Shown piece after piece: positions 1 through 13,069 of a stretch of DNA of 64,000 nucleotides; position 1 is the first letter of the stretch, and every line of letters starts with the position of its first letter. Below the pieces are notes generated by a model, which made no database searches, was not told the DNA's origin, and saw nothing but the letters and a program-made list of their open reading frames with translations. The stretch covers positions 31,000,001 to 31,064,000 of the forward strand of contig OZ024740.1 in NCBI GenBank assembly GCA_964016885.1. The letters run 5' to 3'. Source of the stretch: Eledone cirrhosa. Its lineage: Eukaryota. A program made the position numbers and the translations under genes.

Positions 1-1300
1 GCATATCGAACATGGCCATTTCCCTGACGGAATCAGGGTTTTGTCCTCTTTTCTACTCATCAGCACTTTTGTCTTAGCTAGGTTCACTCTCAGCTTCCAA
101 CTGCTGTTTCCATAGCCACAATTTATTCTCTAGCTCCTCTACTGATTCTGCTATAAGAACCAGATCGTCAGCATAGAGAAGTTCCCATGGACAACCAGTC
201 TTAAACTTCTCTGTTATGGCTTGGAGGACTATAATGAACAAGAGCGGGCTGAGGACCGAACCTTGATGTACTCCTACTTGTATCTGGAATTCCTCACTAA
301 ACTCCATTCCTACCCTGACTTTACTGAGAGTACCTCTGTACAAAGTTTGCACTGTCCTCACAAGCCATTCCTCAACACCTAGTTTTCTTAGGGACCACCA
401 GATGACAGATCGGGGTACCCTATCAAAGGCTTTCTTTAGGTCAACAAAGGCTAAGTATAGTGGCTTATTTTTCTCTAAGAACCTCTCTTGTAATTGTCTC
501 ACCAAGAAGAGGGCATCTGTTGAACTCTTCCCAGGCACAAAATCAAACTTCAAACTTCAAAACACAAAATTCAAGAATTCTCACTCCTTCTCATTTCTTG
601 AGCTGTAACTGTGCCCACTATGTACCCCAGTGTAATCATCCTGGAGCTGTCCAACATAACCATTGAAGTCCCCTGCTAGCATAACAATGTCTCTGTCCTC
701 TGTCATTGCTGTTGTTTGTAAAAGTTGCTCGTAAAAGCAGTCTTTCTCTTCTTTGCCTAGGCCTGCTTGTGGAGCATAGGCAGAGATGATTGTCAGTAGT
801 CTCCTGCCTACAACTAATCTAAGCTTAATTATTCGATCACTAACTCGAACTACCTCTATTGTCTTATTGATCCATCTCTCAGCCAGAAAAATGCCTACTC
901 CCCCTAACCCATCATCCTTACCTACCCAGAAAAGCTTATAGCTAAGATGTTTGCCTATGACTAGTCTCGCAGAGGCACCTCTCCATCTCACCTCTTGCAT
1001 GCAGCACACATCCACATGCCTCCTCTCCAGCATCTCCGCTATTTCAGCAGATCTACCTCTGAGAGTGCCAACATTATGTGTTGCAACTGAGATGCGACGT
1101 CTTCATATTTTGTTGTTGTTCCTATCTTACTTGTTGCTGTGCTGATAAATCGTTTTGGCATTGATACACTGGTTGGATGCCATTCCTAACACCAGCGCCA
1201 CTTTACAGCATGGACTGGGTGCTTTTATTTGTGCCACCAGCACTAGTGAGGATGTCTTACTAGACTCAAGAGCCCTCTCTACCCCTCCATTTTACAGCAT
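1..1300 (-). mobile_element. RTE-clade LINE (family B), internally deleted: 5' region, AP endonuclease fragment (581-1033) joined to RT fragment (74-553)
   Basis: ORF 581-1033 has APE motifs (VCCMQEVRW, SAYAPQ, GDFNG). ORF 74-553 has RT motifs (FVDLKKAFDRVPR, GVHQGSVLSP, LLYADD). Bases 1-540 are nearly identical to 23009-23555. The intervening linker is missing. Confidence 0.9.
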
Positions 1301-1309
1301 GGTCATTAA

Positions 1310-4300
1310 AAAAAAACAAAAATAAACCCACTTATTGACACTCACGGCACACACACATAAATTAAAATAAATTAAAATTCAAACCACAAAATTTCCCCAA
1401 TAAGGGGGAAGCCTCCGAGGGTCACTCATGGCGAAAACCACACAAAAGACCACGGCCACCCTGACCACCAGGGCAAGTGCCCTCTCTCACTTTTCCCACT
1501 CCTCAGTCTACATGCATATACTCAGAGTAGCCCTGTTCACTCAGACCAGACTCGCCACTTTCACCCACCTTTCAACAAACTTACTAGAAGACAGCACTTG
1601 CCTCTCCACCCTTATTTTCCTCTTCAAGTGAAACTTGAAAAAGTTAATCAGGGATTGGCCGGAGAGGGAAGTGTCCGTCTTCAACCCTTTCAACCTTGTC
1701 CACCACACAATCTCTTTCACCATGGCCACCAGGCAGATGAAAACTGCCTGCCCTTCCTACTCTTTAAAGGAGGATGGCGAGGCTATCTGCACAATGGACT
1801 CAGTCGATAACCGGATCTGTCCTACACGCGACAGCAGCTGTTCGACATAGCTCCACAAGTCAGCAATTCTCGGGCACTGAACGAGTGCATGCAGGACGGT
1901 TTCGTCGCCCTGCGCGTATCTCGGACAGGCTCAGCTGACAGCACCTCTGTGTCTGTAGTGCTTATCCCGAACCAGCAACGCTCCCCAGTAGCACTGCCAG
2001 ACCAGGGATTTCTGGAAATTGTCCATAGGTCCCAGGCTGAAAGTTCTCTTGAAGAGAGCAAACAGATGATCGTCTTTGACGCCCAGGGTCTCTCCGAGAA
2101 CGTTGTTGCTCTTCCCCTCCACTAGCCCTCTGTAGAACGCCAAGGTAGATGTTCCACCGATATCAGTGCCAAGCTGGTAGAGGACGGTGAGCACCTGAAG
2201 ACATTCCAGCTTCTAAGTGCTATCCTTGGTCTTTTTCTGATCCAGGATTGCAGCTCCGTCAAGGAGACGTGCTGTGGGAAAAGCGTGTCTGGCAAACGGC
2301 GACCACACCTGTTCACCGTCAAGGAAGCACCAGAGATGTCGCAGCCTCAGCGCATGTTTGCGCATCATTAGCCACGGCATGCCCAGTCCTCCACGCAACA
2401 GGTGCTGACAGCAGATGGACCATTTGACCATGGGAGCATGTCCCTTCCACAAAAAGCGGAAGAGAAGGCTCTCCATTTTGGTCAGAGTTGGGCGGTAGCA
2501 GATGATAGACACGATGTATGCATTCACCACCTCCGCCCGACCTTTCAGAGACAGCCTCCTCTCAGCCCATTTCTGGGTGAGAGAAGCCACCCTGCTCATC
2601 ACCTTGCTCCAGTTTTTCTCCATCTGGAGGTCCGGACTGAACCAGACCCCAAGCAATTTAACCGGTCCTTCCATCCAGCGCCCCACGACGCTGTCGGATG
2701 GCATGGACTTGCCTCTCCAGGTGCCGAGTTGCAAGCCTACCGACTTTTCCTGGTTTATCTTTGCTCCTGTCACCGCTTCGTATTCCTTGAGAGCAGTGCC
2801 GAGCATCTGGACGTTTTTGGTGCTCGACATCACCACGTGACGTCGTCGGCATGAGCCAACATGGTTTTTCTGCATCCCAGTTCGCGAGGTACCACCCCTC
2901 ATGCAGTAATGGCTTGAGAGCTAGTACGTAGAAGAGGGACGAGAGGGGACAACCTTGGTGGACCGAACGCATAATGCTGAACGGCTGCGACAGGTGACCA
3001 TCACAGCGATCCAACCCCTAAAAACGGGCCCGAAGCCGGCCACCTCAAGGACTGCAGCCAGGTGGTCGACCCTATCAAATGCTTTAGATTGATCCAAGTT
3101 GATCAGAGCCCCACCGGTGCCATGTTCCTTAACCACCCTCTCTATGATGTATCGCATGAGATGGAGGTTGTCGTGGATGGATCTGTCCGGAATGGTGCAT
3201 GTTTGCGCCTCTCCCACCAGATTACCAATGACAAGCGCCAATCTCTTTGCTAACACCTTGGCCAAACTCTTGAACTCTGTGTTTAGCAGAGTTCTGGGCC
3301 TGAAGTTGTCTATAATGTCCCCTTTGTTCGGGTCTTTTCTCAGCAGCGCCACCACTCCCCAGCTCACAAAACTGGGAATGCTCCCGTTCTGCTGCCAGTT
3401 TCAGTAGACATCTGCCAAGAGGTCGCCGAACAAGTCTGGCATGTACGCATAAAGCTTATATTGTAGACGATCCAAACCTGGCGATTTACCCCTCGTACAG
3501 TTAGACATCACTTCCCGTATTTCACCTGCTGTTATCGGCCTTTCGCAGCACTGAGCTGCGGTCACTGAGAGCCGCGACAGTCCGTCAAGGTATGCACCAA
3601 AGTCCATACTCCGATCCAGTCCACTGCTGCCCCCAAACAATCAAGCAAAATGCTGTTGAAAAGCCACACACATCTGTTCGGGTTCGAGCAATATGCGCCC
3701 GTTTTGATCAGGCAAAGAGCGTATTGTGGATTTGTTGCCACGTCACGCCTCCACCACCCAGCTTTCGTTCCTTCGTGTCTCAGAGCACGTGCTCTAGCTC
3801 TGACAATGCATCCATCATGCTTTGCGTTGAAGAATTGGTCGAGTGCCAATCTCACCACAAGCACGTCGGTTGCGATGCCTGTCCCAAACGCCTCTTCTAG
3901 TTTTCTAATTAGCTCTCCCTCTACTCTATTTTCCTCTATCACTACTCCTTTGCTAAACCTTATCGATTCTACTCTAATAGCCCTCTTCAGGGTAAACCAC
4001 CACCTGTTGTTGACGATCGCACCCGTCAACGCACGCTTAACTAATTCGCTTATCCGGTCTCTGTAAGCTTTGTGCGCCAGGAAATACGCATTCAACTTTC
4101 AGTAACAGGGCCCTTGCCTATGGAGTCTATCTAAGTCAACCTCACAGGCCACGAATTTGTGGTCCGGGTAGTCGACTACTTTAAATTGTGGACAACTTAC
4201 ACTAGCCTTATCTGTTTCCCTACAGAATACCCTATCTAAATACGATCTGGATGACCCGATGCGGTTTGTCCATGTCTACATTGGCACATTCGGATAATCC

Positions 4301-6760
4301 AGTCTATACCTGTCAGACAGTTCAAAATGTCTGAGCAGGTTGTTGAGGCTTTTACACCCTCCTGTCCTGTCTACTAGCTCCACATAATCCCAGCGTGCAT
4401 CTAAGATACCGTTCTACTCGCCCACAAACACTAAGGAGCGAGATGTTCCAAGAAAGGTCTCTAGACGTCTGAAGAAATCTGGTCGTCCTGCCCCTGTTGG
4501 GGCGTAGACGGCTACTAGCCTGAAAGCATTGCCTTCACTGCCGGTCACGTCCAGCACCACCGACTTGCCTTCTGGGTCCAGGAAGATGGCCTGTATTGTG
4601 AGATCCAAGCCTCTCCGAAAAAGCACAGCAACACCTCCCCCTGATCCTGGACAGCTGGGAGATGCATATACGAAGATTGGTGCGAAGGCTCGTGCTTCGG
4701 AGATTCTGGTCTCGATGATGGCCACTGCATCTATGTTTAGTGACCTGAGGTCGTTGAGCAGGTGACCCTGCTTCCAAGATGACCCCAGGCCACATGCATT
4801 TATGCTGCCTATTCTAAGTACGGCCATGTTGGATAAGGAACGGGGCAGGTGAGAAAGGATCACTTACCTTGATCATGTGGGGAAGGGACAGTAGAACCGT
4901 CCCCTCAGCTGGTCATGGGTGTCTCCAAGACGATATCTTTATATATTCATTTGGAGAGTGACCCAATGAAGTCCCCAACGCAGTTGGAGAATTTTTGTTT
5001 TAATTGTTTGTAGTTTTCGAGTTCAATTTCTACAATGTTAACGTTTTTTGGTAATGTTCTTGGTGTTGGTGGTGTGTGGTAATTTACGTCTGAAATATCG
5101 GTGTGGTATTTTATGTGTTCCATTAGTCCTTGGTGTGCAATGTTTATGGCTGTGTACTTTTTGGGGGAAGGGTGGTTTTGTTGCTGTTTTCTTGTTGTTG
5201 CTGTTGGGTATGTGTGGTTTGTTGTGTTTGTAATGTTGGTGTTTTTGGTGATGTTGGTGGTGGTGGTAATGGTGATTTTCGTGGTGTTGCTGTAAGTCTC
5301 CTTGCAGTCTTTATTCTTCTTTTTTTGCCTTCGCTTTTGGAGGGAGGAGCTGTGGTGTTTTTCCGTTTTTTGGGGTTTTTTTGTTAACCGTTTTCCACTC
5401 CTCAGCTGCCTCATACTCCATGTCCGACTGTTAGAGGTCGGGGAGGGGTATGAGTACTACCCTCTCATTTGTCTTTGTTGTTGTTGGTGGTGGTGGAACC
5501 TGGTTTGCCGCTCCTGGCACAGGTGCAGCTAGTGCAACTGTTTCTGTTGCTGCAGCTGCCATCGCTGTTTTTTGTTGTCTGTAGCTTTGGTGTGGGTGCC
5601 ACGGACGTTGTCCTCCTACTTTCTGTAGAAGCTGCTGACTTTTTCGCTGACTGCTCTGTTTCTGATGGCAGCAGTTCCGGCGTTGGAAGGAGGGGGACCT
5701 TGGCCTTTGTTATTTTCTGTGGGCAGAAGGCCCTGAGGTGAGACTTTGATTCACTGTTGAAGCATTTTGGGCACCTTCCTTCAACAGATATGGGAAGTTT
5801 GGAGCCATTCCCGAGGTCTATTACGTCGGGAATAACGCTGATGCAGTCCTGGTTGGTTTGGATGAGCATCTCCATTCCAATACCGGACCAGTCCTCTCTC
5901 CCCAACTTCTGTACCTGCAGAATGGTTGTTTTATCTTCGTTACCCGCTAGAATAGACACGACCAGCCAAGGCACGAGTACGTAGGGCGGGACCTGGGTTA
6001 CCTTGACCGTTGCAATTTTTTTCCTGCAGTCAAATGGGACTAATGTTATGTCATCACTCCGTAGGGTCCTCAGTGAGTGTGATTTTGCTTCCTGGGTGGT
6101 AGCAAAAAGCCCACAGTAGCATATTTCTTGCCACGGGTGATGTGGGTTTTTCGTGCCCACACAGTTCCCAAGGCCTTCTGGATTTGGGCCTCCGAGGCTT
6201 TCTCTACACGACACGATTTTGTGGCAATTGTGCGGTACGACAGTGTGCGTCGCTGTTGTTCCTCCAGGAAGTCGGTTGGTGGTTTCAAGGATACTGAAAA
6301 TTCAGTTCTGGTTACCATGTGTCATGCGACTTCCACCTCCTCCTTTGTCAGGATGATTGTTTCTATGTTGCGAGTTATTTTTGCAAAAGAGGTGGTCTCT
6401 TTTTCAGTGGCGTCATTGTTGCCCCCGCTGCTACTGCTACTGGTCTTGTTGTTGTTGTCGGTCCTGGTGCTGTTGTTGTTGTTGCCACTGCTACAAACAG
6501 TGTTTTTGGTGTTGCTGCTGCTGCCGGCACTACTGCTGCCACAGGTGTTATCGTTAATGCTGCTGCTGCTATCTCCCTTGTTGTTAAATGTATCAGCAGC
6601 AGCCACTTCAAGACTGCCGTTGGGTGAAGAGGAAAGAGTGGCATTCGCTTGACTTTGGGGCAGTGAAGGAGAGGAAAAAGAAAGCGAGACTCCACGCTGA
6701 GAGTTGGAGTAAGAAAAAGAAGGTTGTGAAGGATATCTTGCTGAAAGCGAGTGTAATAAA
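1310..6760 (-). mobile_element. Decayed Tx1/L1-clade non-LTR retrotransposon (ORF1 plus APE-RT ORF2, multiple frameshifts and stops)
   Basis: ORF1 pieces at 4947-6783 include low-complexity S/N/T tracts and a degenerate zinc knuckle (CFNSESKSHLRAFC). ORF2 pieces: SINACGL...IETR and VYAP (APE, 4414-4863), KSPGLD (3401-3640), NFRPRTLLNTEFK...LDQSKAFDRVDH (2921-3367), VHQGCPLS (2658-3014), KINQEKS/KLLGV/LSLKGR (2213-2902). Boundaries approximate. Confidence 0.85.
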
Positions 6761-6955
6761 ATAATTGTTTCTACTTTTGGCACAAGGCCAGCAATTATCT
6801 CAGTGTATTACTGGTACTTTATTTTATCGACCCCGTAAGGATGAAAGGCAAAGTTAACCTCGGTGGGATTTTAACTCAGACCATAAAGGGCCGTAACTCT
6901 ATGCTGCAAGGCATGGTGTCTGACTCTCTACCGATACTCTCAATCCACTGCCCTA
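6760..6955 (-). mobile_element. tRNA-derived SINE family A (central domain GCCTTTCATCCTTACGGGGTCGATAAAATAAAGTACCAG)
   Basis: A-box/B-box-like head (tggcagtatcggtag...gagttcaaatcc) and shared central domain. Further copies near 9263-9450, 21845-21960, 24215-24405, 24900-25025, 30940-31790, 46382-46570 and 55130-56250. Confidence 0.8.
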
Positions 6956-7110
6956 TAATAATAATAATGAAACAAAGCTATTGAATAGGACTGACACAGC
7001 TTCAGTTGTTTTCCCACTCACTCAATAATTTAATTATATCAGTATCATTAAGATACCAACCCAAGAAAATTAGAGTGGACACGATTTGGTGTGAGTAGAA
7101 AATTATATAT

Positions 7111-7516
7111 ATCATCATCATCATCATCATCATCATCGTTTAACGTCCATCTTCCACGCTTGCATGGGGTTGGACGGGAGGTTTCCCACTTGAGGCAAGA
7201 TTTGTTGACCTGCTCATATAGGACTGTCTGGCGGGTTTTCTACGGCTGGATGCCCTTCCTAACACCAACGACATTTACAGTGTGGACTGGGAGGTTTTTA
7301 CCGTGTTACCTACACGGCCACATTACAGCGTGGACTGTGTGTTTTTTTTTTGTCGTGACACCTACACGACCTCATTTGTTTCGCGGACTGGATGTTGTGG
7401 TACCAACATAACTTCACATTGGAAGGGGTGGTGTGGATGGGGGGGGGGGTATTTTGTTAGAGGTGCCTACTGACTGTAGGTTTCGCCTTGTACTTAGGCA
7501 AACCGGGTCTTCTGTA
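7111..7516 (-). mobile_element. RTE family A 3' end (3'UTR plus (ATG)n tail), 5'-truncated
   Basis: Reverse-complement match to 8240-8648. Ends in a (cat)n tract and is flanked by (TA)n. Confidence 0.85.
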
Positions 7517-7530
7517 TATATATATATATA

Positions 7531-8648
7531 TATGGGTGCATAAAAGATGTAGTGGGATCACAGGTAAGCTAACTAAGAACATAGATTTTACATGTGGCCG
7601 GTGCTCTGGTGCAATAAGTAGCAGCAAGTGCCCACAGAATACTAGCACTTTCAATTGCGCAGAGGGTTCTATAGAAATAGTGGACAGCTTCCATTACCTG
7701 GGTGACAAAATCAGCAGTGGTGGATGGTGCTCTGAAAGTACAGTAGCTAGAGTCAGAACTGGATGGAAAAAGTTCAGAGAGCTTATACCACTATTAGCCG
7801 CTAAAGGGTTCTCCCTAAAAATGAAAGGCAGGTTATATGATGCCTGCATACGAACAGCAATGTTGCATGGCAGTGAGACCTGGGCATTGTGTGCAGAGGA
7901 TATACGCAGACTAGAGAGGAACGAAGCTTGCATGCTCCGCTGGATGTGTAATAGTAATATACGTGAACGGCAAAGCATAAACGAACTAAGGGAAAAATTA
8001 GAAATAAGAGGGATCAGATGTTGTTTACTTGAGAGAAGACTACGTTGGTATGGTCACGTGATGCGCATGAAAGACGACAGCTGTATAAAAAAGTGCAGGG
8101 CAATAAAGATAGACGGTAGCCACGAAGTAGGCAGACCCAGAAAAACCTGGGACGACCTGATAAATTCCGACCTCACACACTTACACCTCTCCAAGACAAT
8201 GTCACTGGACCGAGATCTTTGGCGGTACTCAGTAATAGAGAAGACCCGCCTTACCTAAATACAAAGTAAAACCTACTACAGTCAGTAGGCATCTCTAACA
8301 AAATACACCCCCGTCCCACTACCCCCACCCCATCCACACCGCCCCTTTCAATGTAAAGTTATGTTGGTGCCACAACATCCAGGCCGAAACAAATGAGGTC
8401 GTGTAGGTGTCACGACAAAAAAACACACAGTCCACGCTGTAATGTGACCGTGTAGGCAACACGGTAAAAACCTCCCAGTCCCACACTGTAAATGTGGTTG
8501 GTGTTAGGAAGGGCATCCAGCTGTAGAAAATCCGCCAGACAGTCCTATGCGAGCAAGACAACCACTCTTGCCTCAAGTGGGAAAACTCCCGTCCAAACCC
8601 ATGCAAGCGTGGAACATGGACGTTAAACGATGATGATGATGATGATGA
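7531..8648 (+). mobile_element. 5'-truncated RTE family A LINE (RT C-terminus, ~390-nt 3'UTR, (GAT)n tail)
   Basis: ORF to 8258 has RTE C-terminal motifs (FHYLG, MLHGSETW, RLRWYGHV, GRPRKTW). Tail ends ggacgttaaac(gat)n. Confidence 0.9.
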
Positions 8649-8878
8649 TATATATACGGGATAACAAGTTATCGTTATAGGCAATCCACTTAGAGTTAGT
8701 CCAGTTAGAGTACTCCGAGTTGTGGATGGTATTAACGTATGGCTTAGTTTGACTCAACAAGACGCTTCCATAGTGATGCAGCGAGTTCGCGGTGATTTCT
8801 ATGTAGGTTATACTTGGAGTAATAATAATTCAAGAAAGAAGAGTAACATGGTTGGCTGTACAATAAGAGCTTTATTCA

Positions 8879-8990
8879 CAGTGCTGACAATTGTTTCGTT
8901 GATCTGGTAGGTCTAGAGCTCGCTAATCACTTGATGTTGCATCAATCGATCTCCAATACTTTGTTTACAACCAGTCAATACATCAGAGCG
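8879..8990 (-). ncRNA. Hammerhead-like motif with long stem II (A9 variant), capped by a fold-back at 8949-9027
   Basis: Minus strand reads gct-CTGATGT-attgactgg...ccagatcaac-GAAA-caattg-TC-agc. Stem III is palindromic (ACAATTGT) with a GUC triplet. Homologous to 33273-33385. Confidence 0.5.
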
Positions 8991-9486
8991 TGATGTATTG
9001 ATTGGTTGTAAACAAAGTATTGGAGATTATCTGAGTTTATTCTCTTGACATTGAAGGATGTTCTTTTAAATGTCTACAATCCTACAATCCTCAGTACTCT
9101 AGACTCTGCAACATTTGAGGGAGTTATTTTAAAATGAAGTGGCCCAAACAGGGCTGTAATAACCCATGGCTGGATCCCTAGGCTTTCAGCTATTTCATAT
9201 TCCCTCTGGCAATTCAATGTCTCAACAAAAAAAAAAAAAAATTATGCCCTAGTCCGCCTTATGAATAATTGTTTCTACTTTAGGCACAAGGCCAGCAATT
9301 ACGCAGTGCATTACTGGTACTTTATTTTATCGACCCAGTAAGGATGAAAGGCAAAGTCAACCTCGGCGGGATTTGAACTCAGATTGTAAAGGGACATAAC
9401 TATGCTGGAAAGCATGGCGTCCGACTCTCTACCGATACTGCCACCTTATGAATAATACAGCTCCAAAAGAAACAAAAAAAAAAAGC

Positions 9487-9655
9487 ATGGCACATGGCTT
9501 AGTGGTTAGAGCATTGGGCTTGCAATTGAAAGGTTGTAAATTCAATTCTTGGACCAGGTGATGTGTTGTTTCCTTGAGCAAGACACTCTATTTCACGTTG
9601 CTCCAGTTTACTCAGCTGTAGAAATGAGATGATAAGACTGGGGTCCCTATCATTA
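9487..9655 (+). mobile_element. tRNA-derived SINE family B, head plus CORE-like domain (partial)
   Basis: ggcacatggcttagtggttagagc...ttcaattc head followed by tccttgagcaagacact...ctccagtttactcagctgtagaaatg. Same family as 12485, 39492, 45005 and 58318. Confidence 0.75.
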
Positions 9656-11330
9656 AATTACCCAAGACACCTCCAATGAGATATACCTTGGAGGAGGCCA
9701 GCTAAACCTGCATAGGTGTGAGCTGTCACACACAAAAGAAACAGGCTCTCTCACTACAATCAGTTACTTATATAACTTATATAATGTTTTAAATAATCTT
9801 TATTCAAATACAACTACAAATTGAGTATGTTTATATGTTCATTAATAAAAAGTTAAAATCTGTTGCAAGGCATGAGTCTCATCAAGCCAGTGCTTATCTT
9901 GGTTTCATTAGTGTTGACACAGACTATACCACCCCACTTCACCTACTGGACAGGATGTTAGTCTATTGTAGGGTTAACTCCCAGCTACTTCATTTTAGTT
10001 GAGTGGACTGGAGCAGCATGAAATGAAGTGCTTTGCTTAACAACTCAATTTGCCACCCAGTCTAAGAATCAAACCCATGACATTACAATTATAAATCCTA
10101 CATTCTAACCACTAGGCTATGTACCTTCTCGCATACTCATTAACCTGTGTAAATACACCCATATATACACAAAAATACAATTACCTTATTAATTCTTTAT
10201 ATAACAATTAAGAGAAACTGGAAAACCAAAATGAATAATTAAACCCATACATAGTTATTTAATTAAAAGTTGGATATTGCTACATAGATCCATAAGCAAT
10301 CACATTTTACCTGTGAGGAAATTGAATTTAAGTTAAATAAATTTGCATAGTGTTTTTACAACACAAAACAACCAAAGTTTATATTTCAAAAGAAATCTTA
10401 CAAAGCACTGTCACTGGCATAAACTCCATCTTGTAAAGGAAAGCATCTATTCTGGATCAGCTAAATATTAAAAACTAGCTATTGGTCAACTATATGAGTA
10501 TATACATGTTTAGCCGGGAAAACAGATATTAAATGATGATGAGACGGAGGAGCAGGATTTTATGCATGCATATACATATATTATCTACACAATAAACACA
10601 CCCAGTATATGCTGGAAAGTGGTTGGTGATAGGAAGGGCAACCACCCATAGAAAGCTTGCCTGACAAAGAGTCGAGAGGACCCTCCAGTTGTGCCAAGGA
10701 CATGACAACCTCCCTACTGTTGGTGATCTACACAATGCACCTAGTACATGCTGTAAAGTAGTTGTTTATAGGAAGGACATCCAGCAATAAAAATCTTACC
10801 AAACAAAAGTGTCATGAGGACCTTCAGTTGTGTGAAAGACATGACAACTACTCCTGTACACTCAGTGAAGCGTCGACCTTACATAAAGTGAGACACAGAT
10901 CCCTGGCCTGTCTGGGAGATCAGTGGCTCCATGTCAGTACTGACTTGGTCTATGTAGACCCGTCCAACCCTTGGTAGCAGGGAGAGCAGACAATGATAAT
11001 GATGATGATGATATATATATATAGAGAGAGAGAGAGAGAGTGAGAAAGATATATATATATATATAAACGGAAAAAATGAAACGAAATTTCATTTCCCACT
11101 CTTAGTACAGCTGTTACTTAAATATAAGTATGTATACGTACATACATATATGTATACAGACGTAGAGTAGTATGTATATATATATACATACATGCACACA
11201 TATATATATGTACGTATGGATTCACCGAACATTTATTATAATGCTCGGTGTGTCTGTAAACAAACATCCCGTATTAAGCCGTACTGTCTAGCAACCATCG
11301 TTGCTTGTTTGTTCAACACTGACAAAGGAA

Positions 11331-11371
11331 CGCTGTACTAGTTTCAAGCTTATTAGCTATCGTCAGCAACA
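11331..11371 (-). ncRNA. Minimal type I hammerhead ribozyme
   Basis: Minus strand reads tgttg-CTGACGA-t-agct-aata-agct-t-GAAA-ctag-TA-cagcg. Intact core, palindromic stem III (ACTAGT), GUA triplet, stem I pairs with G-U wobbles. Confidence 0.75.
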
Positions 11372-11496
11372 TATACCTTCCTGCCAGATGATTGTATGTC
11401 TGAAAGTATATACTTTCCTTATGCATATTAACGGCTGAGCAGCCTAATTTGCATATCGAGTGGTGCAGCGAAAACGATAAACGGAAAAAATGAAGC

Positions 11497-11527
<31 letters not shown>

Positions 11528-11903
11528 TCATCATCATCATTATCATCATTGTTTAACGTCCATGTTCCACGCTTGCATGGGTTTGGACGGGAGTTTTCCC
11601 ACTTGAGGCAAGAGTGGTTGTCTTGCTCGCATAGGACTGTCTGGCGGGTTTTCTACAGCTGGATGCCCTTCCTAACACCAACCACGTTTACAGTGTGGAC
11701 TGGGAGGTTTTTACCGTGTTACCTACATGGCCACATTACAGCGTGGACTGTGTTTTTTTGTCGTGACACCTACACGATCTCATTTGTTTCGGCCTGGATG
11801 TTGTGGCACCAACATAACTTTACATTGAAAGGGGTGGTGTGGATGGGGTGGGGGTAGTGGGACGGGGTGTAGTTTGTTAGAGATGCCTACTGACTGTAGT
11901 AGG
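11528..11903 (-). mobile_element. RTE family A 3'UTR fragment
   Basis: Near-identical reverse complement of 8272-8648, bounded by (TA)n on both sides. Confidence 0.85.
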
Positions 11904-12009
11904 TATATATATATATATATATATAATATATATATATATATAATATATATATATATATTATATATATATATATATTATATATATATATATATTATATATA
12001 TATATATAA

Positions 12010-12400
12010 CTACACCTCTCAAAGTCAATGACACACGACCGTGACTTCTGGCGTCACGCAGTAATACAGGGTACCCGACCTCCCATGGGTACATGCTGAA
12101 GCATATAAACAATATGCCCCCCCCCCCCCCACCGCAAGGTGGTCGTGGAGGTGCCACGGCAAAAAAGCACCCAGCCCACACTGTAAAGTGGACGTGTAGG
12201 CGCCACGAAAAAGCACCCAGCACTCACTGTAAATGAGGTTGGTGTTAGGAAGGGCATCCAGCTGTAGAAATCAAGCCAGATCAGTTCCTGTATGAGCAAG
12301 GCATGGTCAGCCGACCAGACACTGCCCACAACAGGACAACCCGTCTAACCCATGCTAGCGTGGAAGAACGGACGTAAAACGGTGATGATGATGATGATGA

Positions 12401-12403
<3 letters not shown>
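12010..12403 (+). mobile_element. Non-autonomous RTE-related element with GGAAGGGCATCC motif and (GAT)n tail
   Basis: Contains gttggtgttaggaagggcatccagctgtagaaa and an RTE-like 3' end (acccatgctagcgtggaagaacggacgtaaaacggt(gat)n). No ORF. Confidence 0.65.
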
Positions 12404-12462
<59 letters not shown>

Positions 12463-12484
12463 ATATACATATATACACACATAC

Positions 12485-12810
12485 ATAGAACATTGGCCTT
12501 GCAATCGAAAGGTTGTGAGTTCAATTCTCAGACCGGGTGATGTGTTGTTTCCTTGACCAAGACACTTTATTTCACATTGCTCCAGTTTACTCAGCTGTAG
12601 AAATGAGATGCTAGGGACTGGGGTCCCTATCATTCAACTGCAAAGTGGTCGTGGAGGCGCCACGGCAAAAAAAGCACCCAGTACACACTGTAAATGAGGT
12701 TGGTGTTAGGAAGGGCATCCATCTGTACAAATCAAGCCAGAATCAGTTCCCGTCCCACCCTTGCAAGCAGGGAAAAAGCGAATGTAAAATGAAATGATGA
12801 TGATGATGAT
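12485..12810 (+). mobile_element. SINE family B with RTE-B-derived 3' tail
   Basis: Partial tRNA-like head, CORE-like domain, GGCATCC motif and tail cccgtcccacccttgcaagcagggaaaa, shared with the RTE-B 3' end at 22197-22252. Confidence 0.8.
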
Positions 12811-13069
12811 AGATGTATATATATATATATATATATGATGAGGATATATATAATTATTTCATTTACCAAAGGTTTGACAAAGTCAGACGAGCTCAACAGA
12901 GACGTCTGAAATCGCTCATCAAAATGAAAATTTAATATGGACATAAGATATGAATTTAAAAACAAAGGCTAATGCAATTGAAAGCGAGGGAAAATATACA
13001 CACTGAAGTAAAACGCAAATTAATACTCTCCTTTCCTTTACCCTTCCTTTGGAAATACTTCATATATAT

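Noticed and set aside
6322-6783. Independent Ser/Asn-rich host gene
   Set aside because: It is contiguous with the Tx1-like ORF1 pieces, and its start codon lies within the adjacent SINE.
9487-9560. tRNA gene
   Set aside because: The A/B boxes are a SINE head that continues into a repeated CORE-like domain, with no complete cloverleaf.
11380-11420. Second hammerhead-like string CAGATGA...GAAAGTATATACTT
   Set aside because: Stem III is palindromic, but stems I and II do not pair convincingly.
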